Shown in pieces: positions 1 through 9,152 of a stretch of DNA of 54,083 nt. The translations under genes were made by a program, and so were the position numbers. Origin of the DNA: Planctomycetota bacterium (GTDB lineage Bacteria; Planctomycetota; Planctomycetia; Planctomycetales; Planctomycetaceae). The number at the start of each line of letters is the position of its first letter. The first letter of the stretch is position 1. The stretch spans positions 1 to 54,083 of the forward strand of contig QWOO01000029.1 in assembly GCA_003669615.1 (NCBI GenBank), given 5' to 3'. The notes under the pieces are model-generated. The model ran no database searches. It was given only the letters and a program-made list of their open reading frames with translations, and was not told where the DNA came from.

Positions 1-945
1 AGATCCGGAAGAGATTACTCGCACCGGAAAGAGTGGATCCGAGAGCGGCTGGAAGAACTGGCCGGGATCTTCGCTCTGGATATCCTCAGCTTTGCGGTGC
101 TCAGCAATCATCTGCATGTTGTCGTGAGAACTCGGCCGGATATTGTGAAAGCGTGGTCCGATGACGAGGTTGCTCTGCGGTGGTGGCGTTTGTTTCCTCA
201 GCGAAGAAACGAAAACGGAACACCTGCGGAGCCCACAGAGTTCGACCTCAACGCCATTCGCAACGACACCAGCGGCCTGAAGGAAAAGCGTCGTCGGCTG
301 AAGGATATTTCGTGGTTCATGCGTTGTCTGGCCGAGCCGATTGCGCGACGAGGGAATAAGGACGACCAGGTTTCCGGAAGATTTTGGGAAGGTCGATTTC
401 GTGCACAAATTTTGCTTGATGAAACGGCAATTGCGGCCTGCATGGCGTATGTGGATTTGAATCCCGTACGAGCTGGCATTGCGGCAACACCTGAGAACAG
501 TGACTTCACGAGCGTAAAGGAGCGGATAGAAGATCGAGCGGCTGCGGCCGAGGTTTCGACGGCGGATGCTCAGGATGTGCGCATCGAGCATGGCCAGAAA
601 GCCGGCTGGCTGGCTCCGATCGCTTTAGATCCGCCGCGGAAGAAGGTGCGAGAGAAGATTACCGTGCGGCGAGCCAGCAACAAGGGTTGCCTGTCGATGA
701 CTCTGGACCAGTATTTGAAACTGCTGGACTGGACCGGTCGACAGATTCGCAAGGACAAAGTCGGCGCGATTCCGGCGGAGTGTGCACCGATCCTGGAGCG
801 TCTGGACTGCAGTGCCGAGACGTGGGTCGATTTCGTCAAGAACTTCCGCAAACGCTTCCGCGGTGAAGCAGGCCTGGCCCCATCTCGGCAAGCCTTCCGC
901 ATGACTCGCCGTGAATCGCGAGCTTCAGTGAACTCTCCATCCTGA
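1..945 (+). CDS. IS200/IS605-superfamily Y1 (HUH) transposase, REP-associated tyrosine transposase (RAYT)-like; the 5' end lies outside the window
   Basis: Frame 1 is open from base 1 (RSGRDYSHRKEWIRERLEELAGIFALDILSFAVLSNHLHVVVR...), so the tracked GTG at 97 is internal. The HUH motif is HLH in SNHLHVVVR. A catalytic-Tyr helix-like motif is AYVDLNPVRAGIA. There is a long basic C-terminal extension. A decayed paralogue lies at 32845-33277. Confidence 0.7.
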   Translation, partial: RSGRDYSHRKEWIRERLEELAGIFALDILSFAVLSNHLHVVVRTRPDIVKAWSDDEVALRWWRLFPQRRNENGTPAEPTEFDLNAIRNDTSGLKEKRRRLKDISWFMRCLAEPIARRGNKDDQVSGRFWEGRFRAQILLDETAIAACMAYVDLNPVRAGIAATPENSDFTSVKERIEDRAAAAEVSTADAQDVRIEHGQKAGWLAPIALDPPRKKVREKITVRRASNKGCLSMTLDQYLKLLDWTGRQIRKDKVGAIPAECAPILERLDCSAETWVDFVKNFRKRFRGEAGLAPSRQAFRMTRRESRASVNSPS

Positions 946-1024
946 AGCAAATGGCTTTCACGTAAAACGTATACTGAGCTCGACGTATTACTACAAGGAG
1001 GGTGGTCCTTGTGTTCCCGGTGCC

Positions 1025-1273
1025 TCAACTTGTCGCTGTTGTATTCGCAATCGTATTTGCCCAGTCATACCCGGACGTAGCGGGCGGCAAGGGCCGTTTT
1101 TCAGTTTCGTAAACCTTCACAGTTTCTTCGACAATCTGGCAAAGTTCAGCAAAGACCGATTTTTCATCGTCCCCATGGCAACCACCGTAAAAGAGGCCCG
1201 GGCAACTGCCAACGAAACACTGATCTTCGTCAGACCATTCGACCAGCTTAACGTATCTTGAGGCCGCCTTCAT
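1025..1273 (-). CDS. hicB: HicB-family antitoxin (small form with no obvious DNA-binding domain)
   Basis: MKAASRYVKLVEWSDEDQCFVGSCPGLFYGGCHGDDEKSVFAELCQIVEETVKVYETEKRPLP resembles the HicB N-terminal fold. Its ATG (1271-1273) overlaps, as ATGA, the TGA (1270-1272) of the frame that carries the HicA C-terminus. Confidence 0.7.
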   Translation of the reverse strand: MKAASRYVKLVEWSDEDQCFVGSCPGLFYGGCHGDDEKSVFAELCQIVEETVKVYETEKRPLPPATSGYDWANTIANTTATS

Positions 1274-1459
1274 GATTTTGATTCCTTGATTGCTTTGGCA
1301 ACGGCTCGTTCCTGATACATCGTCGCCGCCTTGCCCCGAGATAGTAACCGCTCTGGTAACGTTGTTATGGACAAAGTTTCGGTGGCTCCCCTTTCCACCG
1401 CGGTTCTCGAATCCTGCTGCCTCCAAATCAGCGATGAGTTCCCGAATCTTTCTTGGCAC
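1270..1459 (-). pseudogene. hicA: HicA-family mRNA interferase toxin, reading frame interrupted by a 1-nt indel
   Basis: The N-terminus MPRKIRELIADLEAAGFENRGGKGSHRNFVHNNVTRAVTISG is HicA-like. The HicA-like C-terminus MYQERAVAKAIKESKS-stop lies in another frame (end of ORF 1270..1590). The frames switch at a C4 run at 1334-1337 (G4 on the coding strand). Confidence 0.6.
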
Positions 1460-2174
1460 AACAGATTCCTTTCGCTAAGTGACAGGGCTTCATAGTAACC
1501 CGAGTTCAAGCCAAATCCCAGCCATCCATGCCTTCCGGCGCCGCGGTCGTCCATGCCCGCCGTGCCTTCTGCCTCTGATTCTATCTGCAATCGCCGGTAC
1601 GTTCAGCGTGGCGCTTTCATCAAACATTCTGATCCGCTTCCCCGGCCAGCCGCTCATCCAGCACGATCACGACTTTGCCAAACGACGGATCCAACACGTT
1701 CGTGTCACAGTCATACAGAAACAACCAGCTCACCTCAGCTCACCGTCCGGTTCATCCGGGCGGAAGCTACGAATGGAGAGTATCCATTGGCCATGCCTTT
1801 CCATCGCTGGTTCCGCCTGGGCAAGCCGGACGGAAACCTGATGGATCGACAGACTTTTGCGACGGGGGATGTTCCAGCACGGGTGTTCCAGCACGGGGAC
1901 ACAGCACATCTCTGACGGGCCGAGTTCAAGCGATCGTTCACGGCCCGGCATCGCTGATGATTGAAATACCAGGCGAGGGTGACTCGGGGCTGACATTCTT
2001 GAAGATCTTTCAGTACCTCGACACAGTCGGTTCAGGAAATCCTGAATGCTCCTGAAGTGATTTTCCTTATCTGGCCGTCCGGCTAGACTGGCAGACTGAG
2101 CGGAAGTTCCGAGTATCAGCACAGTCTCACGAAACAGCCAGGCAAAGAAGCTGTTCACTGAAGGGTACGAAATC

Positions 2175-3029
2175 ATGAGCCGATGGATCCTTAGGCTGGC
2201 AGCCTGTTTTGTGACGGGCTTTGCAGTTGGCAGCAATGTCTGCGTGGCAGCGCCGCCGGAGGCGGTTTCCAAATCGCTGATTTTTCATGCGCCGTTTGAT
2301 GGCGGAACGGATGCGAGGATAGGGGTCGATCGTTCTCTGTATACCTCGGACAGTCTCGAGCGAAAATCGGAGGTCGCCGGAAATCATCGGACCGATGTTT
2401 CCATCGTCAGCGGGGCAGGGCGGTTTGGGGATGCGTTGCGTTTCAAAGACAATTCGCCACAGGTCATTTTCTATAAAGGTGCCAATGCGGGCTTCAAAGA
2501 AAAAGACTGGTCCGGCACGGTCTCTTTCTGGCTGAAGGTGGATCCCGATAAGGATCTAAAACCCGGGTATTGCGACCCGATTCAGATCACCGACAAGACA
2601 TGGAACGACGCGGCTTTCTTTGTGGACTTCGATAAGGAGCTGCCTCGCACATTCCGTCTGGGTGTGTTTTCCAATTACAAGTTCTGGAATCCAAAGAACA
2701 CGGCCTGGGAGCAGGTCGCTGAGACCGATCGTCCGATGGTTCCCGTTGTGAAGCCACCGTTCCGCAGCGACGAATGGACGCATGTGGTTTACGCATTTGA
2801 AAATATCAACGCATCGGACAACGCCGCATCAACAGCCACCTTGTATCTGAATGGTAAGAAACAGGGGACGCTCAAACATCCGCTGCAGTTTTCCTGGGAT
2901 CCGTCCAAAGCGGCCATCATGCTGGGGATCAGTTACATCGGTGACTTTGATGATCTGGCCATCTTTGATCGCGCATTGACGCCCGAAGAGATTGCGACGG
3001 TTTATCAGTTGCCGGATGGTTTGAAGTAA
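2175..3029 (+). CDS. Secreted LamG-like (concanavalin A-like lectin/glucanase, Laminin_G_3-type) domain protein
   Basis: N-terminal signal peptide (MSRWILRLAACFVTGFAVGSNVCVAAP). The C-terminal motif GDFDDLAIFDRALTPEEI is typical of LamG jelly-roll proteins. Confidence 0.8.
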   Translation: MSRWILRLAACFVTGFAVGSNVCVAAPPEAVSKSLIFHAPFDGGTDARIGVDRSLYTSDSLERKSEVAGNHRTDVSIVSGAGRFGDALRFKDNSPQVIFYKGANAGFKEKDWSGTVSFWLKVDPDKDLKPGYCDPIQITDKTWNDAAFFVDFDKELPRTFRLGVFSNYKFWNPKNTAWEQVAETDRPMVPVVKPPFRSDEWTHVVYAFENINASDNAASTATLYLNGKKQGTLKHPLQFSWDPSKAAIMLGISYIGDFDDLAIFDRALTPEEIATVYQLPDGLK

Positions 3030-3046
3030 CCAGTGTCGTAGGTCAC

Positions 3047-3898
3047 TCAGACTCGAATCGTATCCCAGGCCACCAAAGCGTCGCGCACACTGCGGACGTC
3101 GTGAATGCGCAGAATGTCAACTCCCAGTTGGGCCAGCGCGATGGAGACACCCACAGTTCCGGACTCACGCTCTTCAACGCTGCGACCGAGGATCTTCGAG
3201 AGGAACCGTTTGCGAGAATGGCCGATCAGAACGGGTCGCTGAAGTTCGGCCTGCAGTCTGGGAATGGCTTTGAGCAGCTGCAGATTGTGATCGGCCGTTT
3301 TTCCAAACCCAATGCCCGGATCCACACACATGCGTTCGGCGAGGATGCCGGCCATCAGACATCGATCGACCTGCTGCTGCAGAAATTCGCTGACCTCGCT
3401 GACAACGTCTTCATAGTGTGGGTTCTGCTGCATCGTTTGCGGCGTGCCCTGAATATGCATCAGACAAATTCCCGCATCGGCTTCGCGACACACGTCCATC
3501 ATCGCATCGTCGAAAGTCAGGCCGGAAATGTCGTTGACGATCTCCGCACCAGCATCCAAAGCCTGACGAGCCACTTCAGATTTCGTCGTATCGATGGAGA
3601 TGGGAATCCGAAGCTTCTGCGCCAGTTCGCGAATGACGGGAATCGTTCGCCGCAGCTCTTCATCCAGCGTCACGCCTTCGGAGCCCGGGCGAGTGGATTC
3701 GCCGCCGATGTCGATGATGTCGGCGCCATCCGCTTCCATCTGCAGGGCTCGAGCGACCGCCTGATCCATGGCATTGAACTGGCCGCCGTCCGAGAAGCTG
3801 TCAGGAGTTACATTCAGAATCCCCATCAGCAGCGGCAGTCGCTGACGTGTGAGGTCCCGGGTTCGCAGAGTCCAGTTGTTCGTCATACAGCGTTCCAT
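3047..3898 (-). CDS. folP: Dihydropteroate synthase
   Basis: [29 protein letters not shown] and the pterin-binding barrel are conserved throughout. The start could instead be the Met at 3886. Confidence 0.95.
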   Translation of the reverse strand: MERCMTNNWTLRTRDLTRQRLPLLMGILNVTPDSFSDGGQFNAMDQAVARALQMEADGADIIDIGGESTRPGSEGVTLDEELRRTIPVIRELAQKLRIPISIDTTKSEVARQALDAGAEIVNDISGLTFDDAMMDVCREADAGICLMHIQGTPQTMQQNPHYEDVVSEVSEFLQQQVDRCLMAGILAERMCVDPGIGFGKTADHNLQLLKAIPRLQAELQRPVLIGHSRKRFLSKILGRSVEERESGTVGVSIALAQLGVDILRIHDVRSVRDALVAWDTIRV

Positions 3899-4151
3899 TG
3901 ACTTGCCGAGTTCCTGAAGTCTGTCGTGTCCTGGCCCGCCTGAAAACGTGCAAGGCTATGATGAAGATGATCCCGGAAAGCAGGCCAACGAGGAGAGGCG
4001 TAGCGATGAACGTGCCACTCGGAAACAGGGGGCTGGAGAGATCTCCGGCGACTCCGAAGAGAATCAGCCCAAAGATCGGTCGTGTCGTGTCCGAGGTTGT
4101 CCCTGCGTCATCGGTACTCGCTTTTATCCCGGGACTCCCGTGGCGGAACAA
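3801..4151 (-). CDS. Possible small two-TM membrane protein (doubtful)
   Basis: Two hydrophobic helices ([13 protein letters not shown]...; [21 protein letters not shown]) are followed by the basic stretch RRARTRQ. However, the ORF overlaps the folP start by about 90 nt and the upstream gene end by 28 nt. Confidence 0.25.
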   Translation of the reverse strand: MFRHGSPGIKASTDDAGTTSDTTRPIFGLILFGVAGDLSSPLFPSGTFIATPLLVGLLSGIIFIIALHVFRRARTRQTSGTRQVNGTLYDEQLDSANPGPHTSATAAADGDSECNS

Positions 4152-6082
4152 CTGGTCGCTGCCATGACAGTTCCCCCGATGATGGGCAATAGACTGCGGC
4201 TTCCATTCGTCTGAGTATCCAGCTGCACAAAAACGCCGGGGTTCTCTTCCAGGGGTGTCGGCGGCAGATCTTTCGCAAGCACCGTCTCGATAAAGAAATG
4301 AAGCAGATCGCGAATCTGAGTGTCCTCAATTTCCGCCACCAGCGACTCCGCCTTTTCACGAGATCGCTCAACCAGCACTTCAGCCTTTTCGAACACATCA
4401 CAGGATCGAAAGATCTCACGCAGACGGTCAATCCGCTTGTGATTCGATGACCGGCCGGAAGCCTCAGACAGGATCTCTTTCAGCTCCGCCTTTTGCTGCT
4501 CATTCGCATCTTTCAGGGCCAGAGCCAGCAGCAATGTTGGTCGCAACGCCAGAGCGTCCTGACCGGCGACCAGCTTATTGTCCGTATCACCCTGCCAGTC
4601 CTTCAGATCGTTCAGCACCTGGAACGCCACGCCCACGTGACGACAGAACTGAGGAACCAGATCTGTTTTTGCCAGCGGATGATTGGCCATTCGCAGGCCC
4701 GCATAAAGAGCGGCCTCAAACGCGGGTGACGTCTTCAGTGAATAAATCTGCAGGGCATCGAGAGGCGTCAAATTCCAGTCCGGAGATCTCTGGAACGCCA
4801 TCTCCGCACCCTGTCCGTCACACAACCGGATATGAGCCGTCGACATGCTGTTGAGCACATCGATCGCCACATCAGGGCTGAGTTCCCGAGCGGCATGGAT
4901 CAAGCGATAGCCAAGCCCAATTAGATAATCGCCGATGTTGATCGCATGCCCGGCGCCGTGTTGACGATGCAGAGTCTCACGGCCATAGCGATACTGGTCG
5001 TCGTCCTGAATGTCGTCGTGAACCAGCGAGGCTTTGTGAAACGCTTCGATCGCCATGGCCACTCGCGCAACCGCGTCCGGCACGTCCGGAGTGGCATCAC
5101 CGATTGTGAGTGCTCCACCGCCGCAGGCCGCGTGCCAGGCTGCCAGCGTGATGAACGGACGGAATCGCTTGCCGCCCTTGCTGAGCCAGTCGTAGGCGAT
5201 GTTTTCCGTGAAGGCCACGGGAGATTCGCGCCGTGATTCGTCCTTTGTGCGAATGCGAGGCAGCAGGCGATCGAAATCACTTTCGAACATCTTTGCAGAC
5301 GCACGCATCAGCGGCACATAGCTGGTCGTCGGCTTCTCAGGAAGAGGCTCGTATTTGTCCAGCACGTCCCAGACCCAGGCTTCGTCCAGCGTCGTGTTGA
5401 GACAGTCGCCGGAATGCAACGGCACAGCGTACGATGGGACACCAGCGATCAGAACCTTGTCGATGGCTTTTTCAAGCACGTTCAGACAAGCCACGCCCAG
5501 AATGCCATCGATGTAACCGGAGACAATAATCTTCAAAACAACCGGCGACCCTTCGGCCACGAGCACCTTGTAGCCCAACTGTTCGGCTCGCACTTTATAG
5601 TCGGCAATCGAACAGGCGCCACAACGTTCGCAGTCGAGCCCAAACTGAGTGTACTCGGCCGGGCAGCCCTGAGCGTGCTTCAGACAGTGAGGCAGCAACA
5701 GCATGCGGCGATTGAAGGGGATCGCGAGAAACTGCTGCTTCCAGAAGAAGTTGCCGACCATCACCATAGAGAACCCGAGAAACTTTTCGGGCAGTCCCAG
5801 TTGATCCAGCAGAGTTCGTCCGTGGTGTTCCAGTTCGTTGCGAGTGAACGCACGGCTGCGATCCAGATTGCGAGCGTACTCTTCGGCAGCCGCTTTGACT
5901 TTTTCGCGAAGATCAAGCGTCTCAGGCATTGCCTTCAGGTGAGTCGTACTGCGTCGCTTGCCCTTTTTTCGCGTTGGTGCAGGATCGTCGTCGTCATCAA
6001 CGAGACGATGATCCTCAGGAAAGGAGGGACGCATCGGTTCGTCATCGTCAGCAATTTGGTTGTCGACAGGGGCGATAGACAC
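4124..6082 (-). CDS. Fusion protein: N-terminal Cys-rich DUF116-like domain + C-terminal trans-polyprenyl diphosphate synthase domain
   Basis: N-terminal half: [35 protein letters not shown] (DUF116-like Cys pattern). C-terminal half: first Asp-rich motif [20 protein letters not shown]. The second motif is atypical: [16 protein letters not shown]. Confidence 0.85.
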   Translation of the reverse strand: MSIAPVDNQIADDDEPMRPSFPEDHRLVDDDDDPAPTRKKGKRRSTTHLKAMPETLDLREKVKAAAEEYARNLDRSRAFTRNELEHHGRTLLDQLGLPEKFLGFSMVMVGNFFWKQQFLAIPFNRRMLLLPHCLKHAQGCPAEYTQFGLDCERCGACSIADYKVRAEQLGYKVLVAEGSPVVLKIIVSGYIDGILGVACLNVLEKAIDKVLIAGVPSYAVPLHSGDCLNTTLDEAWVWDVLDKYEPLPEKPTTSYVPLMRASAKMFESDFDRLLPRIRTKDESRRESPVAFTENIAYDWLSKGGKRFRPFITLAAWHAACGGGALTIGDATPDVPDAVARVAMAIEAFHKASLVHDDIQDDDQYRYGRETLHRQHGAGHAINIGDYLIGLGYRLIHAARELSPDVAIDVLNSMSTAHIRLCDGQGAEMAFQRSPDWNLTPLDALQIYSLKTSPAFEAALYAGLRMANHPLAKTDLVPQFCRHVGVAFQVLNDLKDWQGDTDNKLVAGQDALALRPTLLLALALKDANEQQKAELKEILSEASGRSSNHKRIDRLREIFRSCDVFEKAEVLVERSREKAESLVAEIEDTQIRDLLHFFIETVLAKDLPPTPLEENPGVFVQLDTQTNGSRSLLPIIGGTVMAATSCSATGVPG

Positions 6083-6198
6083 AGATGAGATCTCCGGAAG
6101 GAGCGATATGCTGGCAGGAAGTCGGTAGCGGGACTGTGCAGGAAATTTTTGTTCGGATGGAGTTCAGAAGACCCAGATCTGGCTGACCATAATCCCCA

Positions 6199-8184
6199 TC
6201 ATTGAATTTTCCGCCAGCGGTTTAACCCCGCAGCGGCGAATATGATTGGGTAAAGATCCTCAAAATACCAGAGTCGAGCGAAATAGAAGCCAATCGGAGT
6301 GGGCCGATTAACTGTTCCTTCATTCACCCTCAGCGCCAGCCATTGAGCGGCTCGGTCAATGGCTGGCCGAGCCATCTTAAAGTCGACAAGACTGTCCAAT
6401 GCCAGTCCGGTTTCTTCTACGGAACTTTCCAGACCACGGCGAGCCGACCAGCCACCGTCGTCATTTTGGTTTTCCAGCAACCACAGGACGGCCCTGTGAC
6501 AGGCGTCCGACGATTGCTCGCCTATCGTAGCCAGCGCACGGACGACTCGCGACGTTCCATACAGAGGATTTTCGTCGTCTTCGTTGAATTGATGGCCAAA
6601 CCAGAGCGGAAGCCACGTTCCGTCGGCCCGTTGAACGTTTCTGAGGAACCGGATTCCCAGCCGTATCGATCGTTCACATCGGCTTTTTAAGGCAGCGTCC
6701 GTCTCGGGAACTCGCAGCAGCCATAAATGCAGGGCTCGCATCGCATGAGCGGTCAGGTCGCACGAACTGCGGTCAAACGGCAATGTTCCCCAGCCGCGGC
6801 AAAATGTGGGCCAGCCGCCGTCCCGATTCTGCAGGTCCAGCAGCCAGATGGCAGCGGCGAGAAGGGAGGCGATTTCTTCCGAAGAAAGTGACTCTGTTGA
6901 CTCGCGGAGATTCATCAGAGCCAGCATAGCACTCGGAGTGTCGTCTGCATCCGGAACACCGCCCGGCAGATCGGTCCACGACCAACCTCCCGGAGCCGCA
7001 TGAGTGTAGGGATGAATGGTTTTGTATTGCTGGTTCAACAGCCAGGTGCGGATGGCGGAAGGCTCAAAGCCGAGGGCGGAAAGCGGAAAGCCGGAAAGAT
7101 TCTCATCGCGGCTCTCCGTATTCCGCTTTCCGCTCTTCTCCCCACTCATCGCATTGACACTCAGTGTCGTCACCCAGGTCGTAAGGTTGGTATCAATCGG
7201 CCAGCTGCCGTCTTCGCAGACGGACGCTTCGATGAACTTAAGACACCGTTGAGTCACCACGTGATCGAACAGGCCGCAGCCCAGGAGACTCATGCAGACA
7301 AAGCTCGTCAGCGGAGTCGCCTCCAGAAACCCGCCGTTGGGCGGCTGAATGGACTCCAGAACTTTCAGTGACGGAGCAATGGATTTCCTCCGGATCAGGC
7401 GGATCACCGGATTCCAGTGCCCCTGATGTTTGAAGATCACCTGGCCAATGGCAATCAGCGCCGGGAGCGCATAGCTGACAACCGGCATCCTGACGGCCGC
7501 GTACAACCGATGAGGAACGCATGCCAGTTCAAAAGGCAGGGGAATCACCTCTTTCCAGTCAACAATTCCCGCCAGTGCACAATGCGTCAGTATAGGAACA
7601 GAGAACGTGTGATCCTTGCCGTACCGTTTGATCACCGCCGGAACTCCGCCAGCTTTGGCGATGTATCGTCCGGACGATTCGATGACAGCTGAGAAGTCGC
7701 GTGGCGAATTACTCGCCATTCTGAGCCGCTGGGCGCTAGCCGCGGTTGCTTTCGCGATTGTTTCAATCGCACCCGCAGCTAGCACTTGGCGGCTCAGTAA
7801 ATCAGGGAGAGGTTGGTCGACAGATCGGATAAGTGGTTCGGCCCGCAGCCTAGCAGCCGCCTGGAACACCGCGTTTGCCAGCATCGTCGTTGAAATATTA
7901 CTGATGCTCAGAACAGAATCGCCCCAGCCCCCGTCTGAGTTCTGATGTTCAGCCAGCCAGTTCAGTCCGCCATCAATCAGTGCGTTCCAGCGAGTTTGCT
8001 GTGGTTCATCTCGAGTGGCTTCGACCGCATTCAGCAGAGCCATCACCGCCGTGGCCGTGGAAAGAGCAGAAGTCGACAATCGCCCGGTCCACCATCCCTG
8101 ATCGTTGCGTTTGGACAGCAGCAGCCCATTGACTGTGTCGACGGCGGCCATGATGGAAGCGTGTTCGTTTTCAGAAAGTGACAT
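6199..8184 (-). CDS. shc: Squalene-hopene cyclase family class II terpene cyclase
   Basis: DxDD protonation motif (VPDADDTPSAM). Multiple QW-type repeats (RNDQGWW, QNSDGGWG, QNRDGGWPTF, QRADGTWLPLW, QNDDGGWSA). Start chosen at MSLSENEH (8184); the alternative is 8262. The tracked start at 8484 would overlap the divergent yaiI-like gene. Confidence 0.85.
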   Translation of the reverse strand: MSLSENEHASIMAAVDTVNGLLLSKRNDQGWWTGRLSTSALSTATAVMALLNAVEATRDEPQQTRWNALIDGGLNWLAEHQNSDGGWGDSVLSISNISTTMLANAVFQAAARLRAEPLIRSVDQPLPDLLSRQVLAAGAIETIAKATAASAQRLRMASNSPRDFSAVIESSGRYIAKAGGVPAVIKRYGKDHTFSVPILTHCALAGIVDWKEVIPLPFELACVPHRLYAAVRMPVVSYALPALIAIGQVIFKHQGHWNPVIRLIRRKSIAPSLKVLESIQPPNGGFLEATPLTSFVCMSLLGCGLFDHVVTQRCLKFIEASVCEDGSWPIDTNLTTWVTTLSVNAMSGEKSGKRNTESRDENLSGFPLSALGFEPSAIRTWLLNQQYKTIHPYTHAAPGGWSWTDLPGGVPDADDTPSAMLALMNLRESTESLSSEEIASLLAAAIWLLDLQNRDGGWPTFCRGWGTLPFDRSSCDLTAHAMRALHLWLLRVPETDAALKSRCERSIRLGIRFLRNVQRADGTWLPLWFGHQFNEDDENPLYGTSRVVRALATIGEQSSDACHRAVLWLLENQNDDGGWSARRGLESSVEETGLALDSLVDFKMARPAIDRAAQWLALRVNEGTVNRPTPIGFYFARLWYFEDLYPIIFAAAGLNRWRKIQ

Positions 8185-8383
8185 CCGCCAGTCAATATCC
8201 TCACAAGAGTTTCTGACTTCACACCAAAACGCGTCCGTTTTTTGCTTCCGGCAGGAAGACATCGCCTTCCCCGTGTGCCGCAGAGTAACATTCTGCACGG
8301 CCCTTGACAGTCGTATGGAGGGCAAAGGGGTGAGGGATCGCTGTCCGTCAGCCGATCGCGAGACACAAAGAAGAGGCCGCTTT

Positions 8384-8833
8384 ATGCAAATCTGGGTTGA
8401 TGCTGACGCGTGTCCCGTCGAGGTCAAGGAAGTGCTGTACAAAGTCGTCAAGCGGCTGCAGATCAAGATGACCCTTGTTGCCAATCAGATGATGTGGATC
8501 CCCAAGTCCGACCTGATCACATTTGAACTGGTCGGAGCGGGCGCCAATGTGGCCGATCTGCGAATTGTCGAACTGGTCGCCGCCGGCGATTTGGTGATCA
8601 CCGCCGACATCCCACTGGCCGCCGCGGCTGTCGCCAAAGGAGCCACGGTGCTGGATCCTCGCGGCGAAATCATGGACGCTCATAATGCGGGATCCCGACT
8701 GGCCGCCCGAAACCTGATGGACGAGCTTCGGGGAACGGGGCTGGAAACAGGCGGCCCAGCGCCGTACAGCACGCGAAATAAGCAGGACTTCGCCAATCAG
8801 CTGGATAAGCTGCTGACCCGTCTTCGTCGCTAG
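8384..8833 (+). CDS. yaiI: YaiI/YqxD family protein (DUF188, UPF0178)
   Basis: MQIWVDADACPVEVKEVLYKV...DLVITADIPLAA is the family signature. The ATG at 8384 was chosen because the tracked upstream extension is antisense to shc. Confidence 0.85.
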   Translation: MQIWVDADACPVEVKEVLYKVVKRLQIKMTLVANQMMWIPKSDLITFELVGAGANVADLRIVELVAAGDLVITADIPLAAAAVAKGATVLDPRGEIMDAHNAGSRLAARNLMDELRGTGLETGGPAPYSTRNKQDFANQLDKLLTRLRR

Positions 8834-9152
8834 CAAAGTTCGACAGTAGAAAGTTCCGGCCCGCTGGTAAGGATCACAGACATCGGCGCATAAAAAAGCC
8901 CTTCGGCGGTGAACAGGTGCGGGGACTGAACGTCGAAGAGGACTGGGGAAGCTGTGGCGGCTGGGTTAACCGGCGGCAGCGATGTATTCTTCGTTCAACA
9001 CTTGCTCATCCATGCCGAAGGGCGGCTGGGTACTAATAAGCAGTTGCACACGACATGCCAAATCTGCCGGTTTTTCAATTTGGTCTCGACCAGACGATTT
9101 CGGCAATCTTTTGCCCTAAAGGCAAGGCTCACAACATTATGGCGCTTGCCAC

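Noticed and set aside
1479-2272. Stack of 100-180-aa ORFs on both strands (1479..1841, 1553..1915, 1675..2055, 1730..2272)
   Set aside because: They are mutually overlapping and have a non-coding-like composition. The longest runs into the LamG gene start on the opposite strand. They are kept only as a possible decayed region (see findings).
3101-3901. 266-aa plus-strand ORF covering the whole folP locus
   Set aside because: It is exactly antisense to a strongly conserved folP. It is rich in Arg, Gln and His with no recognisable motif, a typical shadow ORF of a GC-rich gene.
9101-9115. Sigma-54-like CGGCAATCTTTTGCC upstream of the activator gene
   Set aside because: The GG-to-GC spacing is one nucleotide short of the consensus and the -24 element is poor. 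It is more likely part of the small TTGCC-ctaaa-GGCAA hairpin.
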